A DNA stretch of 64,000 nt from a virus: positions 244,406 through 308,405 of the IMG/VR virus record IMGVR_UViG_3300044712_002679. One strand, 5' to 3'. A model generated the notes under the pieces. It saw only the letters and a list, made by a program, of their open reading frames with translations. It had not been told where the DNA came from and made no database searches. Position 1 is the first letter of the stretch. Each line of letters opens with the position of its first letter. The position numbers were made by a program, and so were the translations under genes. This document shows positions 47,470 through 56,373 of this stretch, one piece after another.

Positions 47470-48064
47470 TTGGATTCCCAATCAAGAATTTTTTATGTAG
47501 AATTCCACCAATTTCTCTTTCGTACCAACCATCATGACCATTATATTCACCTATCCAATTGACTTTTTTATTTAAAACTTTTTCAACATCTTCTTGACTT
47601 GTTATTAGTGGTACTTTTAAGTATTTCATAATGAAATTACCAAATCTATCTGATACTTCTGTATAATATCCGTAACTATTTATTTTTTTGTTGAATTCTT
47701 CAATATATCGTCTTTTACTATCATTTTCACCATCGTGTCCACCTGCTGCAATTTTAATTCCAAATTTTGTTTTTTTACCAAATACAATAATATCATAATC
47801 TGATGTATCATGAAGATCAATCCCAGCCCAATAATTAATATTTGGATCATTAAATATATCATCTGGTGATTTTATTTTTACATTACCACCAATCGAATAA
47901 TATGCAATTTTAATTAAATCAAAAAATTCATCGGATAATTCGGGATGATCTTTAAGTACTTCTTGATCTAAAACTTCAAATTCACCTCGTTTTGGCTTAA
48001 AAATTTCACCAGAATATTTTTTATTTGTAAATTCATACAAAAATTCCAAATATTTCTTAATCAT
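47459..48064 (-). CDS. hypothetical protein
   Basis: ORF that overlaps the gmhA end by 11 nt. Confidence 0.35.
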   Translation of the reverse strand: MIKKYLEFLYEFTNKKYSGEIFKPKRGEFEVLDQEVLKDHPELSDEFFDLIKIAYYSIGGNVKIKSPDDIFNDPNINYWAGIDLHDTSDYDIIVFGKKTKFGIKIAAGGHDGENDSKRRYIEEFNKKINSYGYYTEVSDRFGNFIMKYLKVPLITSQEDVEKVLNKKVNWIGEYNGHDGWYEREIGGILHKKFLIGNPIIN

Positions 48065-48145
48065 TGAAAAATTTTTATTATTATATATAAAAAAACATTA
48101 ATTTATTTTTTAATTCAAAAAACTTTATTATATTTGTATTGTAAT

Positions 48146-48361
48146 CGGGAGATAGCTCAGTTTGGTTTAGAGCGCATGTTTTTCCTCGTTTTATCTTTAG
48201 CGGGATACCAATTAGGAAAACGTGATCTTTTTGGAAGTAATTATGATTATTTGTAGAGATTGAACTTGCTAATCAATCAAAACAAAAAAAGTTTTTATGG
48301 AAAATTATATCACGAGTCACATACATGAGATCGTGTTTAGGTTCAAATCCCACTCTCCTGA
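48146..48361 (+). tRNA. tRNA-like gene with an about 140-nt insertion (intron) in the anticodon loop. Anticodon TTC (Glu) or Val, depending on the splice point.
   Basis: Acceptor stem CGGGAGA/TCTCCTG with discriminator A. D-arm GCTC-AGTTTGGTTTA-GAGC. Anticodon stem CATGT (48175-79) pairs with ACATG (48323-27). T-loop GGTTCAAATCC. No encoded CCA. The T-stem pairing is imperfect. Confidence 0.45.
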
Positions 48362-48493
48362 CAAAATTGACAATTGATGCCAGTATAGTAACCATTTGAA
48401 TTAACTGAACGACTTGGTGACAGTATATTGAGGGCATAATGGTAGACGAATTCAGATTGTCAATTTCATTAGCTTAAATTTAACAAATTATAT

Positions 48494-48667
48494 ATGAAAT
48501 TAATGTTTTATTTACGACAAGTTTTTTGTAAACACGATTTTGTTGTAGAAGAATTAAAAACAGAACAAACACATATCAAGAAATTGGGATGGGTTGACAC
48601 CCGTGTTTTTATGAAATGTGATAAATGTGGTTTTTCCCATTGGTATTGGAAACCTTATAAAAAATAA
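48494..48667 (+). CDS. possible 57-aa zinc-ribbon micro-protein
   Basis: 'CKHDF...CDKCGFSHW'. Below the ORF cutoff. Overlaps the first Met of the next ORF. Confidence 0.2.
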   Translation: MKLMFYLRQVFCKHDFVVEELKTEQTHIKKLGWVDTRVFMKCDKCGFSHWYWKPYKK

Positions 48668-49163
48668 ATTTATGAAAATATTTGTTTATAAAGATCACGA
48701 AAATGAACTCTTTAATAAATATTTTCAAATAAGATGGAAAGAACCATTAGGTCTTAAAGAATGTCCATATTTATATCGTTGGACAATTATCATATTCGGA
48801 TATACAATCAGATTACATCATTGGCTTAGATCAGATGACAATAGATATTTTCATGATCACGCTTGTGATTTGATATCAATGATCATTAAAGGCTATTATT
48901 ATAATATTATACCCAAAGATAATGATCATCTGGATGTTAATAATTCAATACGAATTAAAGCCAAACCATGGAAACCTTGGAAAGCTAAAGCTACATCTAA
49001 ACATTATCTAGAAATCCCAAAAGGTGGTGCATGGACAATATTATTACAAGGTAAACCATACCATAAATGGGGGTTTTATGTTAATGATCATAAATGGAGA
49101 CCATTAAGATATTTTCACAAATTTGGAATTATTCAAACAAAAGATTATACTGGAATAAGATGA
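48618..49163 (+). CDS. hypothetical protein (the true start is probably Met at 48672)
   Basis: ORF only. Confidence 0.35.
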   Translation: MINVVFPIGIGNLIKNKFMKIFVYKDHENELFNKYFQIRWKEPLGLKECPYLYRWTIIIFGYTIRLHHWLRSDDNRYFHDHACDLISMIIKGYYYNIIPKDNDHLDVNNSIRIKAKPWKPWKAKATSKHYLEIPKGGAWTILLQGKPYHKWGFYVNDHKWRPLRYFHKFGIIQTKDYTGIR

Positions 49164-49202
49164 AAAAAATTGAATTGTTTGTTTTCAGTGCGAATAAAAA
49201 AA

Positions 49203-49225
49203 AAACACCCAATTTGATTGGGTGT
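49203..49225. terminator. hairpin AACACCCAAT-TTG-ATTGGGTGTT preceded by an A-run
   Basis: 10-bp stem between convergent genes 48618-49163 (+) and 49241-49441 (-). Confidence 0.5.
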
Positions 49226-49240
49226 TAAAAAGATATATTG

Positions 49241-49441
49241 TTATTCAATAACTTCTACATTTATGGCATTTTTGCCTTTTTTTCCATCTGTCACTTCATA
49301 TGTAACGTTGTCATTTTCATAGATTTTATCAATCAAACCAGTTGCATGAACAAATATTTCTTCATCAGTATCTGTATTTTTGATAAAACCAAAACCTTTA
49401 GATTCATTGTAAAATTTTACAACACCTTGTAATTTAATCAT
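49241..49441 (-). CDS. cold-shock protein (CspA family, S1-like OB fold)
   Basis: 'GVVKFYNESKGFGFIKN...EIFVHATGL...VTYEVTDGKKGKNAINV' matches the Csp RNP1/RNP2 consensus throughout. Confidence 0.85.
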   Translation of the reverse strand: MIKLQGVVKFYNESKGFGFIKNTDTDEEIFVHATGLIDKIYENDNVTYEVTDGKKGKNAINVEVIE

Positions 49442-49508
49442 TTATTATTTATTTATTTTTATTTTGTAGAAAATCTACCTTATATATAGTAATAAATTAA
49501 AAAAAGTT

Positions 49509-49763
49509 TTAAATATATTTAAAATACATATCTTTATATGATTTTAATCTTCCCGAAAGAACATCACGTATTCTTCTATGATTTAAATTAAGGTCATTTG
49601 CACATTTTTTTATACCATAATATTCAGATATAATATCACCATTTTTATCTATAATTGCAATTTTTTTTGATCGTATCATTTTTTGTTCTTCAGACATTGG
49701 TTTTTTTTTAATACCTTTAGCACCTAACAATGTCAATAATACTGTTAATAAAATTACATTCAT
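49509..49763 (-). CDS. small secreted or HTH-like protein
   Basis: N-terminal hydrophobic segment. C-terminal 'YGIKKCANDLNLNHRRIRDVLSGRLKSYK' resembles NUMOD/HTH DNA-binding motifs. Confidence 0.25.
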   Translation of the reverse strand: MNVILLTVLLTLLGAKGIKKKPMSEEQKMIRSKKIAIIDKNGDIISEYYGIKKCANDLNLNHRRIRDVLSGRLKSYKDMYFKYI

Positions 49764-49845
49764 ATTACTTAATTTTTTTGCGTAAGAATCCTATCAAATA
49801 TAGATATTATCAAAATATTTAAAAGTTTATTTTAATATATAACAT

Positions 49846-50271
49846 ATGAAAATAAAATTATTTGAAGAATTCAATCAACAAGATAAATTGATTAAAACAA
49901 CATATCAAACAATAACACCTGAAAGTTCTGAAGATGGTGATTATGCTGATCATGGATGGGAAGATGAAGATGGTGAATCAATGATTCCCGATGATTATGA
50001 TATTGATGAAGGAATAACAGCAATAGATAAAGCAGTTAAATTTTTAAATAACAAAGGTGCAACTGAACCATCATCCAGTGAATATCATCAAGGATTATCT
50101 TATTCAACACCCGATCCTGATAGAAATTATACAACAGGTGAAGAAACATATTATTCATATCATCTAAGTGGATTTACCCCAAATGAAGAATATGAAATTT
50201 GGAAGAAAATAACAAATTGGGAACAATCAAAAATTGCTAGAACTATGAGAAAATATAATGTTTCTTTATAA
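49846..50271 (+). CDS. KYNVSL-family small acidic protein
   Basis: Starts 'MKIKLFEEF' and ends 'TMRKYNVSL'. Confidence 0.35.
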   Translation: MKIKLFEEFNQQDKLIKTTYQTITPESSEDGDYADHGWEDEDGESMIPDDYDIDEGITAIDKAVKFLNNKGATEPSSSEYHQGLSYSTPDPDRNYTTGEETYYSYHLSGFTPNEEYEIWKKITNWEQSKIARTMRKYNVSL

Positions 50272-50286
50272 AAAAAAAACTAATCT

Positions 50287-50508
50287 ATGAAGACTGAAAT
50301 TTTAAGTACAGAAGAAATAACGAAAGATATGGCATTAAATGAACTAACAGAATCTGATTTATCGCAAGAAGAAACTGATGAATATTTAGATATAATTGTT
50401 GCTATAAATAATGGACAACGTGTTTATAATCTAACCACTAACAATGGTGATTATTTATTGTTTATTGAAAAAGACACAATATTAAAAGATACAAAAGACA
50501 AAGAATGA
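50287..50508 (+). CDS. hypothetical small acidic protein
   Basis: ORF whose stop overlaps the next ATG. Confidence 0.3.
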   Translation: MKTEILSTEEITKDMALNELTESDLSQEETDEYLDIIVAINNGQRVYNLTTNNGDYLLFIEKDTILKDTKDKE

Positions 50509-50963
50509 AATATATTAAAACATTTGAAACATTATATTCAGATTATAAAAATTTATATCTGATTAATGATATAAATAACAATAAATATGAATCTATTATA
50601 ACCAGAGATTTATTAGAAATTATTGGTGTCGATGTAGATTATTATGATAAAAATCCTAATGAAGATTGGATATGTGAATATAATATAAATGTTATTGAAT
50701 TTTTAAAAGAAATATTTTTAAATAAAAATATTACATTTTTTAGTAAAAATAAAAATGATGAAAACCGATATATTAAAGAAACTGTTGAAGATGTTAATTT
50801 ATTTGCTTATAAAGAAGAATTGTATATTTTTGTTAAAATAAATAGTAGTTGGAAAATTATTGATAATAATAAAATCACAATTATTTATGATTATGATGCA
50901 TTAGATAAACCCGAACACAAACTTTTAAAAATTCTTAAAAAAGCAAAAAAATATAATATTTAG
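50505..50963 (+). CDS. MKYIKTFE / KKYNI-family small protein
   Basis: Starts 'MKYIKTFETL' and ends 'KKAKKYNI'. Confidence 0.4.
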   Translation: MKYIKTFETLYSDYKNLYLINDINNNKYESIITRDLLEIIGVDVDYYDKNPNEDWICEYNINVIEFLKEIFLNKNITFFSKNKNDENRYIKETVEDVNLFAYKEELYIFVKINSSWKIIDNNKITIIYDYDALDKPEHKLLKILKKAKKYNI

Positions 50964-51358
50964 CACCAATAACTAATTTTCCAATATTTTCCATCGTTTA
51001 ATGGAAACAGAAGATATCCCGAATAATCATCTTCACAACATCCAGTTGTTTGCCATACCATATTATGATATTTGCCATCTTCATCTTGTTTCATATATAA
51101 AAGACTTTTTTCATTATCTTTTTCTTTATAAAATGTATAATTGGGATAAAATCCACATTTATAATCAGTTTCTTCAACTTCAACATAAGATTCATGCATC
51201 CAATCATCTAAAAGAAATTCTTCAATTAATTCAAAATCATAATCAATATGGTTTTTAACATATTCAAGTTCTTTATCTTTGATGATTTTATCATTTGCTA
51301 AACGAATTTCTTCTTCTTTTGCAAAATCACACATCATTTTATCGAATTCTTTTGACAT
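50960..51358 (-). CDS. hypothetical protein
   Basis: ORF only. Confidence 0.3.
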   Translation of the reverse strand: MSKEFDKMMCDFAKEEEIRLANDKIIKDKELEYVKNHIDYDFELIEEFLLDDWMHESYVEVEETDYKCGFYPNYTFYKEKDNEKSLLYMKQDEDGKYHNMVWQTTGCCEDDYSGYLLFPLNDGKYWKISYWC

Positions 51359-51412
51359 TATGGTATTTTTTTATCAATTAAGTCCTTAATTTCATCACGT
51401 AATTCTGATTCA

Positions 51413-51616
51413 TTATTGAATTTTTTCATTTTTTCTTGTATTATTATATGCAAATTTTAAAGACATACCATTTTTCAATTTTTCAATAAAAATATAAAAT
51501 TTCTTTTTATTGAAAATTGTCCACAAAAAAACCAAAAAAGCTTGACCAAAAGTCAATCCTGATGGATAATTTACTTTTTTTAAAATATCAGTAATTTCTT
51601 TATTAGTTAATTTCAT
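51413..51616 (-). CDS. hypothetical small protein
   Basis: ORF only. Confidence 0.25.
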   Translation of the reverse strand: MKLTNKEITDILKKVNYPSGLTFGQAFLVFLWTIFNKKKFYIFIEKLKNGMSLKFAYNNTRKNEKIQ

Positions 51617-51843
51617 AGATTTAATATTTTATTTACTTCTTCAACATCACCAGGACAATAACTTACAAAATATTTTTTCATTTTATACATCAATTCAAAA
51701 AACGTGGTCATATTACCATCAACTAATTGATACATAAATAATGTTTGACCATTACTTCTGTTTATAACAGTCGATAATGCTTCTAAGTATTCTTTTTTTA
51801 TTTTATACTTATATGTATTAGTGTCACCGTATTTACAATTCAT
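51613..51843 (-). CDS. hypothetical small protein
   Basis: ORF only. Confidence 0.25.
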   Translation of the reverse strand: MNCKYGDTNTYKYKIKKEYLEALSTVINRSNGQTLFMYQLVDGNMTTFFELMYKMKKYFVSYCPGDVEEVNKILNL

Positions 51844-51854
51844 AATTATTCAAA

Positions 51855-52307
51855 TCATTTTTGTTTTTGTAATCTATCACGAATTTTGTATAATCTTGAT
51901 ATAAATTCACGTTTAGTTAGGACAGTTTCGTTTTCTTTGGATTTTCCAATTTCATGTGTTAATGTAGAATTTCCTGTTGCAACTAAGGCTTTTTGAAATG
52001 ATGAATTTTGAGATAATGCTTCATAAGCTCTATCTAATAATTCTTGATATTCTTTGGAATCCCTAGAATATTCAACACCATTCCAATATAATTTTTGTGT
52101 TAAAAACCATTTTTTTGATTTGCCTTTAAATTTCGCAGCTTTACCAACAAGTTTACAAACTTCTTTTTGTATTTCAAAATTAGAAAATTTAAGCGACTGA
52201 AGCCACCCTTCCATTGAAGAGATTTCAACATCATCCAAAACAAATGGATGTGGTGAAAAATTACTTAATGCACTTGAAGGATAACCTTTACCTGAACCTA
52301 TATCCAT
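51855..52307 (-). CDS. possible NADAR/YbiA-like domain protein
   Basis: Weak pattern match only ('WLQSLKFSN...ALSQNSSFQKALVATGNSTLTHEIG'). Confidence 0.2.
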   Translation of the reverse strand: MDIGSGKGYPSSALSNFSPHPFVLDDVEISSMEGWLQSLKFSNFEIQKEVCKLVGKAAKFKGKSKKWFLTQKLYWNGVEYSRDSKEYQELLDRAYEALSQNSSFQKALVATGNSTLTHEIGKSKENETVLTKREFISRLYKIRDRLQKQK

Positions 52308-52741
52308 AATTTATTTTTTCTACAAAGATACAAATAATTATTCATTAAATCAATAATTTCTTGTGCTATTATTTCATCTAAGTAAAAATCAGATTCAATT
52401 TCATTTGTTTCTAAATTGGTTATGGTAATAAGATCATTAGTTAATTTCATTTCTACTATTGGATGTGGATGGACTATAACAGAAGAATATTTTTCAGTAG
52501 ATTCAATTTTTAAATTATTGATAATATTTCTAATAGTGGTTAATTCTTGTGAACAAAAAAATTTTTCTTTTTCACAGTCGCTATCACCTAAACCGTGTTC
52601 ATTTAGTTGTGAAATTTTATATTTTAATTGTATTATTCTATCAAATAGTACATCTAAGGTATAATTCATTATTTCTTTATATAATGATTCCTCACGAATT
52701 AATCCACCTTCAATTTGATCTTGCATTTGTTGTTCTATCAT
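52298..52741 (-). CDS. hypothetical protein
   Basis: ORF only. Confidence 0.3.
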   Translation of the reverse strand: MIEQQMQDQIEGGLIREESLYKEIMNYTLDVLFDRIIQLKYKISQLNEHGLGDSDCEKEKFFCSQELTTIRNIINNLKIESTEKYSSVIVHPHPIVEMKLTNDLITITNLETNEIESDFYLDEIIAQEIIDLMNNYLYLCRKNKLWI

Positions 52742-53331
52742 CTAGTAGATAAACTTAGATATTTATCACTTATAAAGAATTGTGTAATAGAATAAAATAT
52801 AGCTTTTTTAATTACATCATTATGATTAAATGCCCAATCATATTCAGAATTATTTATATTTTCAATATTTAACCACTTAACCCATTCAGTTTCTGACGAC
52901 TTATATGTTTCTATTTCAATCGGAAAATTATCTTTTGAAAAATCAAAAATTGAAAGAAAAACAAATGATACATTTTGCCTATTGTTAGAAGGATCATCAT
53001 TCATTTTTACAAATTTTGTATTGTCGTTAATTAAGGACTTTTCAAATTCTGGTAAATATAATGATGTTTCTTCAAAAACTTCCCGAACCATACATTCATA
53101 TAATGTTTCATCGAAATCCAAATATCCGCATGGTAAACAATTTTTACCTGGTTCATCTACCATAGATTCTGATCGTTTACTAATTAAAACGTATATGTTA
53201 TCATCACATTTAGCAAGTACTACACCTACTGTTGCAATTGATCTAGATAACCATACACTTTCGCCATCCGTTGTAATAACATTGCGATTATGTGTATTTT
53301 TAAATATTGGATTTTTAAATTTTTGTGTCAT
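52738..53331 (-). CDS. Nudix hydrolase
   Basis: Nudix box 'CGYLDFDETLYECMVREVFEETSL'. Confidence 0.7.
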   Translation of the reverse strand: MTQKFKNPIFKNTHNRNVITTDGESVWLSRSIATVGVVLAKCDDNIYVLISKRSESMVDEPGKNCLPCGYLDFDETLYECMVREVFEETSLYLPEFEKSLINDNTKFVKMNDDPSNNRQNVSFVFLSIFDFSKDNFPIEIETYKSSETEWVKWLNIENINNSEYDWAFNHNDVIKKAIFYSITQFFISDKYLSLSTR

Positions 53332-53333
53332 AA

Positions 53334-53630
53334 TTAAATTACATTACGTTCGATTAATACATTATTATCATATACTACAACAACATAACCACTACGTTGT
53401 ACTATTAGTGGTGGTTCTTTTTTTATATGTTTCATTACATTTTGTGATGCTTGAATTAAAGAATTTTCACGGGATTTTAGTTTTATTAAATTAGTTTCAG
53501 TTTCGATAATTTGACTTCTAATTTCTTCTAATTCATTTGCACAAGAATGTAATACATCAGCAGCCTTAATATCTTCACCTTGAATAATATTCACAAGGTT
53601 TGAATAACTTAAATCATCTATTATATTCAT
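53334..53630 (-). CDS. hypothetical small protein
   Basis: ORF only. Confidence 0.25.
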   Translation of the reverse strand: MNIIDDLSYSNLVNIIQGEDIKAADVLHSCANELEEIRSQIIETETNLIKLKSRENSLIQASQNVMKHIKKEPPLIVQRSGYVVVVYDNNVLIERNVI

Positions 53631-53844
53631 TTATTAACATTTTTTGCTTTTTTAATTCATCAAATAAAACATCAATCGAACAATGAATATATTGAATATT
53701 TTTGTATTTGTTTGAAAAATTATTGATCATATTTAAACAATCACCACACTGATCAATAGTTTTACAACTAAATATACATTTCACTATTTTATTAAATGCA
53801 ATATTTTGTTTTTCTTTTTCTGTTTCGGGGGACAGGAATTTCAT
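53614..53844 (-). CDS. hypothetical small Cys-containing protein
   Basis: ORF only. Confidence 0.25.
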   Translation of the reverse strand: MKFLSPETEKEKQNIAFNKIVKCIFSCKTIDQCGDCLNMINNFSNKYKNIQYIHCSIDVLFDELKKQKMLINEYNR

Positions 53845-53890
53845 ATTATATTATTAATTTTTATAAATTATATATAAAAATTATTAATTT

Positions 53891-54142
53891 TTATTCTTCT
53901 ACTATCCAACATACAGGCAATTTTGTGCCACCATTCAAAAGTTGTTTATGTATTGTGCCACCTTCAACTATTTCGAGAAATTTATCTTTAGGTATTCCAT
54001 TTTTATCTTTTATTGGAATGAATAAATATCTTTTAGGTTGATGATTATATCCTAATTGATGTAACATTTCTTCTATTGGACAATGTTTATTTTCATTTTT
54101 ATTTTTTATTTCTTCTATTTTAGCTATTTCCATAATAATCAT
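53891..54142 (-). CDS. hypothetical small protein
   Basis: ORF only. Confidence 0.25.
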   Translation of the reverse strand: MIIMEIAKIEEIKNKNENKHCPIEEMLHQLGYNHQPKRYLFIPIKDKNGIPKDKFLEIVEGGTIHKQLLNGGTKLPVCWIVEE

Positions 54143-54174
54143 TTCAATAATAACACAAGTTTATAAAAAAATTT

Positions 54175-55029
54175 TTAATCATTTTTTTCTAATAAAATTT
54201 CTAATAATTCACATATTTTAATTTTTTCTTCATTAGATACTTCGATAAGTTGTTTTTCATCAATTGTATCAAAAACAACATTTTCTATACCAAGTCTAGT
54301 TGGATGAAATAATACATGTTTGACATTATTTTCATCTTTGAATTTTATGTAGGTGGTTCCACCATCCCGATATCTTGTAAAAGAATCAATTTTATATTCT
54401 TTGATATTGTTATTTTCGATCACACGTAATCGTTGATTATCATACCTAAAATCATATTTAGGATAATCAACAATATAATATGTAGGAATAAAATCGGTTG
54501 TTTTTAACATATATGAAATTTCTCTGACATTCATAGGTAATTTTAGATAATCTTTTTGTAATGCATTTTCAATTTCATTTAAATTTAAATTTTGGGTAAA
54601 TGAACTTTGACTATATTTAGATTCATTTCCACAATATCTACCAACAATTTTAAGAAAATTAAAATTTCCATATTTTCCAAATTTTATAAGCATATCACCA
54701 TCATGTTCAAACATTTCGAAGTTAGAAAAATTATTTTTCCATACATTTTTTAATGTTCGTTCTTCCATATTATTATGTGAACTTTGACCACTACTAACCA
54801 ATTCAATAAAATGATCATCATTCGGAAAACGAATAAACAATTCATTAGAAAAGTAATTATATTCAAAATGCAACACTTCAAAATATGCTTCTTTATTATG
54901 TCTATCTACATCATCGGTGAAATAAATTGAAGTGTTATGTTGATCACAACTTCTGAATAAGGTAACTGATCGTCCATTAAATTCAGATAATTTTCCAAAA
55001 ATTTGTTCTTTTTCCATATCATTATTCAT
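54175..55029 (-). CDS. hypothetical protein
   Basis: ORF only. Confidence 0.35.
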   Translation of the reverse strand: MNNDMEKEQIFGKLSEFNGRSVTLFRSCDQHNTSIYFTDDVDRHNKEAYFEVLHFEYNYFSNELFIRFPNDDHFIELVSSGQSSHNNMEERTLKNVWKNNFSNFEMFEHDGDMLIKFGKYGNFNFLKIVGRYCGNESKYSQSSFTQNLNLNEIENALQKDYLKLPMNVREISYMLKTTDFIPTYYIVDYPKYDFRYDNQRLRVIENNNIKEYKIDSFTRYRDGGTTYIKFKDENNVKHVLFHPTRLGIENVVFDTIDEKQLIEVSNEEKIKICELLEILLEKND

Positions 55030-55030
55030 T

Positions 55031-55321
55031 TTAAAATATTTTTGTTCTATTTAGAGTTTCTTCAATAATTTGTTTATCTTCTTCTCTAGAAGATAGATTA
55101 TCTAAAGATGATGCCCCACCAAACACAGAAATACTAACTAATGTTCCAAATATTGTTTCAAATGTTTTATTAATACTACAAAATCCAGCAGAAATTATAG
55201 TTATACCCTTTTTATTTTTAAATGGTTCAGCTACTTGCGAATGACTTATCAAACCATTAAATAATATCGCTATTGGTTGAATGTTTGATAGTTGTATTAT
55301 AATATACTTTAAATCACGCAT
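55031..55321 (-). CDS. hypothetical protein
   Basis: ORF only. Confidence 0.25.
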   Translation of the reverse strand: MRDLKYIIIQLSNIQPIAILFNGLISHSQVAEPFKNKKGITIISAGFCSINKTFETIFGTLVSISVFGGASSLDNLSSREEDKQIIEETLNRTKIF

Positions 55322-55325
55322 TATT

Positions 55326-55952
55326 TTACATTTTTAATTTTTCTTGTAATTCCATAAATTTTTCATAATAATCATAAGGTCTAATTTCATGATTATTATA
55401 AATTTCTTCCCGAAGATTATTACAACTTGAATAATCAACAATTTTTTGGTTTTTTTTAATTTGAATACCAAAATCCAAAATTCTTAATGCATGATAAACA
55501 TTAACCATTACTTCTGGTGTGTTACCTTGTTTATCAGCTAATGTCGAAAAATGCCAACTTGAAGATGCTTTAGATATAATCTTTTTTATAAATTCATTAT
55601 CATTCCATTTGGTAATACCAAAATTCCAATTCTTTTGAATGATTTTATCTTCAGGTAAGAATATACATTCTAATGCACCAATTTCATAATTATTAATTGC
55701 ATCAATAAAACCAGACCTAGAATAACACACCCCTTGGGTCATTCTATCATCAGAGCTGATAGCATTATCCTTAAATGCACCACTAGGCAATAATGAAGAT
55801 TTAAATACTATGATATAATCACTATCAGAATATTCATCATTACAAGAATAAACCACACTCCCATACGGATAGATATTTAAAACTTGATTGTAATCTAATT
55901 CCAATGCAATACAAATACTTAATGCTTTAGCTAATTTTTCATTTTCATTCAT
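55326..55952 (-). CDS. Pol-beta-superfamily nucleotidyltransferase-domain protein
   Basis: 'IYPYGSVVYSCNDEYSDSDYIIVF' is the GS...[DE]x[DE] minimal NTase motif. Confidence 0.5.
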   Translation of the reverse strand: MNENEKLAKALSICIALELDYNQVLNIYPYGSVVYSCNDEYSDSDYIIVFKSSLLPSGAFKDNAISSDDRMTQGVCYSRSGFIDAINNYEIGALECIFLPEDKIIQKNWNFGITKWNDNEFIKKIISKASSSWHFSTLADKQGNTPEVMVNVYHALRILDFGIQIKKNQKIVDYSSCNNLREEIYNNHEIRPYDYYEKFMELQEKLKM

Positions 55953-55954
55953 TT

Positions 55955-56110
55955 TTATTTATCTTTTAAATATTCAATTAATATTTTTTCAATAAAGTCT
56001 GATCTATTACCTTTAATATCTAAATCATTAAGTTTTTGTAATAAATTTTCATTGACATAAACTGTTATTTTCGACTTTTTTTCTTCTTCAGTTAATTTTT
56101 TTCTTGGCAT
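55955..56110 (-). CDS. unannotated 51-aa ribbon-helix-helix protein (MPRKKLTEEEKKSKITVYVNENLLQKLNDLDIKGNRSDFIEKILIEYLKDK)
   Basis: Translation of the minus strand. Paralogous to 45436-45681 and 56197-56367. Lies immediately upstream of the NTase gene. Confidence 0.45.
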   Translation of the reverse strand: MPRKKLTEEEKKSKITVYVNENLLQKLNDLDIKGNRSDFIEKILIEYLKDK

Positions 56111-56196
56111 ATATGTTAATTTATGTTAAATAATGTTAAAGTAGGCATAATACCCACTTTTTCATTTTTTAATATTTATATATAAATAAAAAACTT

Positions 56197-56367
56197 ATGG
56201 ACAATATTAATAAAAATAAATCAAAGAAAAAAATTAATCTATCAATAAATAAAGAAATCTTAAAAAAAATTGAAGATTTATCTACCAATAAGAGCAGATT
56301 CGTAGAATATATCCTATTAGATTATCTACACAAAAATAATATTGACACAAAAGATATTATTTTATAA
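56197..56367 (+). CDS. unannotated 56-aa ribbon-helix-helix protein (MDNINKNKSKKKINLSINKEILKKIEDLSTNKSRFVEYILLDYLHKNNIDTKDIIL)
   Basis: Divergent from 55955-56110. Lies immediately upstream of the GIY-YIG endonuclease gene. Confidence 0.45.
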   Translation: MDNINKNKSKKKINLSINKEILKKIEDLSTNKSRFVEYILLDYLHKNNIDTKDIIL

Positions 56368-56373
56368 AAATAA

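Noticed and set aside
48365-48480. Second tRNA-like segment ('GGGCATAATGGTAGACGAATTCAGATTGTC') with an inverted TTGACAATTG / ATTGTCAATT pair. The upstream copy begins with a Mimivirus early-promoter-like octamer (AAAATTGA at 48362-48369) and the downstream copy ends just before 48494.
   Set aside because: D-loop-like and T-loop-like pieces are adjacent, with no room for an anticodon arm, and no acceptor pairing was found. An isolated AAAATTGA match is not enough to call a promoter.
55326-55952. The NTase gene as a CBASS cGAS/DncV-like cyclase
   Set aside because: At 208 aa it is too short for a CD-NTase, and no effector or cap genes are adjacent. Kept as a generic Pol-beta NTase.
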